Shown: positions 62,971 through 64,000 of the stretch, piece by piece | Layout of the letters: each line of letters starts with the position of its first letter | Numbering within the stretch: the stretch's first letter is position 1 | Source: Candidatus Saccharimonadota bacterium | GTDB lineage: Bacteria > Patescibacteriota > Saccharimonadia > Saccharimonadales > Saccharimonadaceae | DNA: 64,000 nt | Direction of reading: 5' to 3' | NCBI GenBank assembly: GCA_015655045.1 | Contig: JAATFU010000006.1 | Span: 33,058 to 97,057 of the forward strand | Notes under the pieces: generated by a model | Database searches by the model: none | The model's input: only the letters and a program-made list of their open reading frames with translations | Told to the model about the DNA's origin: nothing | Translations under genes and position numbers: made by a program

Positions 62971-63480
62971 CTAACGTGGGCTGGGATCAAATCGATAGAG
63001 GTGGTATGCCCCAACGCTCCTGAGGGCAGTCTGCTGTGGCATTTCGTTGCCGTACAAGATAACTTGCACGCTGCGTTCAAGGCGAGTTGCCTCTTGCTGC
63101 ATCTTACGAGCAAATTTCTTCATATCACGTGTCACCATAAACGCATATACAACCGTGGTTTCGGCAGGTAGTTTGACGCGCCAAAAATCCGCAAGTCGAA
63201 CCTCTACCTTACGATCCCCTCTTGAGAGTAGACGAGCAATTAAAACCAGAGCTGGGTTAAGTTCATAGCCAATCGCGTGCGCCCCGGCTTTACTCGCAAG
63301 CCGTAACACAATACCATCCCCACTGCCGACGTCAATGAGTGTATCACGCGGACCCACTGGATATAGTTCCGTAAACGCTTCTTGAATATAGCGCTTACGA
63401 CTAGGTACATAGGGCGCGCCGCGAAACACCACAAAACCAAATAACAAAATGAGGGCGCCAATTACCCACTGCACAACCAT
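62971..63480 (-). CDS. Class I SAM-dependent methyltransferase with an N-terminal TM helix
   Basis: Motif I LIDVGSGDGIVL and an acidic residue after beta2 (GYELN). Confidence 0.7.
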   Translation of the reverse strand: MVVQWVIGALILLFGFVVFRGAPYVPSRKRYIQEAFTELYPVGPRDTLIDVGSGDGIVLRLASKAGAHAIGYELNPALVLIARLLSRGDRKVEVRLADFWRVKLPAETTVVYAFMVTRDMKKFARKMQQEATRLERSVQVILYGNEMPQQTALRSVGAYHLYRFDPSPR

Positions 63481-63696
63481 TTAATTTTCGCTATCAAATT
63501 TCTGTTTAATAACAGTGATGTCGTTTTTAAGCACTGATAGATCGTGCTCAATTTCGGCAGCCAATGCTTCGGCCTCTTTAAATTTATCGAGTGCCGCTTC
63601 GAGAGTAAAATCATCGCTATCAAACCACGCGACAATCGTATCGAGTTCAATAATTTTCTCTTGAATAGTGGGGTTACTTTTCGTCATATCGTTCAA
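63481..63696 (-). CDS. xseB: Exodeoxyribonuclease VII small subunit
   Basis: 71 aa with LDTIVAWFDSDDFTLEAALDKFKEAEALAAEIE, typical of XseB. Directly downstream of xseA. Confidence 0.85.
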   Translation of the reverse strand: MNDMTKSNPTIQEKIIELDTIVAWFDSDDFTLEAALDKFKEAEALAAEIEHDLSVLKNDITVIKQKFDSEN

Positions 63697-64000
63697 CCTT
63701 TGCTTCTAGTATAGCCTTATATGTTTCAATGTGTATCGTCTCACCTACCTTCTGTTGTCCTCGTACAATGGCATAGCCACGCTTCAAAACCACGTGCGGG
63801 TCAAGCTGCGCCAACACAGTACGATATCGTGTGAATTGCTCTTCGGCGCGATCGTACTGGTGTTCTATCGCGAGCAAAGACCGTTCAAGAGTTTGTCGCA
63901 CCTGAGATTGCTGTCGCTCAATTGCTTGCAATAGGCGCGGAAGAAGTGAGCCAAGCTTCACGTGAGTCGCTCGAATGATTTCATTACGGTCCGGGACAAG
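63674..64000 (-). CDS. xseA: Exodeoxyribonuclease VII large subunit, C-terminal part (gene runs off the window end)
   Basis: LAQLDPHVVLKRGYAIVRGQQKVGETI preceded by coiled-coil repeats is a typical XseA C-terminus. The reading frame stays open to the window edge. Confidence 0.8.
   Translation of the reverse strand, partial: LVPDRNEIIRATHVKLGSLLPRLLQAIERQQSQVRQTLERSLLAIEHQYDRAEEQFTRYRTVLAQLDPHVVLKRGYAIVRGQQKVGETIHIETYKAILEAKVERYDEK

Noticed and set aside
1-64000. CRISPR arrays, rRNA genes, transposases, integrases and prophage structural genes
   Set aside because: Reading the ORF translations and intergenic regions revealed no regularly spaced direct repeats, no rRNA-like conserved stretches, and no recombinase or capsid-like proteins.

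Overview
The window is gene-dense, about 90% coding, with short proteins and tightly packed or overlapping genes. The gene content suggests a reduced-genome, CPR-type bacterium, possibly Saccharibacteria-like, but that assignment is inferred from content alone with no database search. Most genes are housekeeping. They include an F-type ATP synthase operon (atpI-like through atpA) and a glycosyltransferase trio. Also present are smpB, xth, gltX, pth, der, topA, glyQS, recO, xseAB and tag, plus tRNA-Leu(CAA) and tRNA-Glu(CTC). A minimal dcw division cluster runs mraZ-rsmH-ftsL-ftsI-mraY-ftsW-murG-ftsQ. There are three two-component pairs, a MacB-type ABC exporter, a sortase, and a PilX-like pilin carrying PA14-like domains. 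No rRNA, CRISPR array, transposase or integrase was seen. The best candidate for an undescribed system is at 55.3-57.1 kb. There a KwaB-like (DUF4868-type) protein lacks the KwaA membrane partner of Kiwa and sits next to a strongly acidic soluble protein, flanked by RNase HI and a Pif1-type helicase. Several non-coding regions also deserve a look. An 850 bp AT-rich stretch free of ORFs of 60 aa or more, except one dubious 63 aa frame, lies where gene orientation converges, in the position where ftsA/ftsZ would be expected. A 23 bp inverted repeat brackets about 190 bp between mraZ and rsmH. AGTGGG boxes with 10 bp phasing overlap the mraZ promoter. A terminator-capped candidate sRNA and repeated TTTGAYAT boxes lie upstream of topA. 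Two ORFs are separated only by an in-frame TAG. All functional calls come from reading the translated ORFs and recognising motifs, and none was verified by a search.
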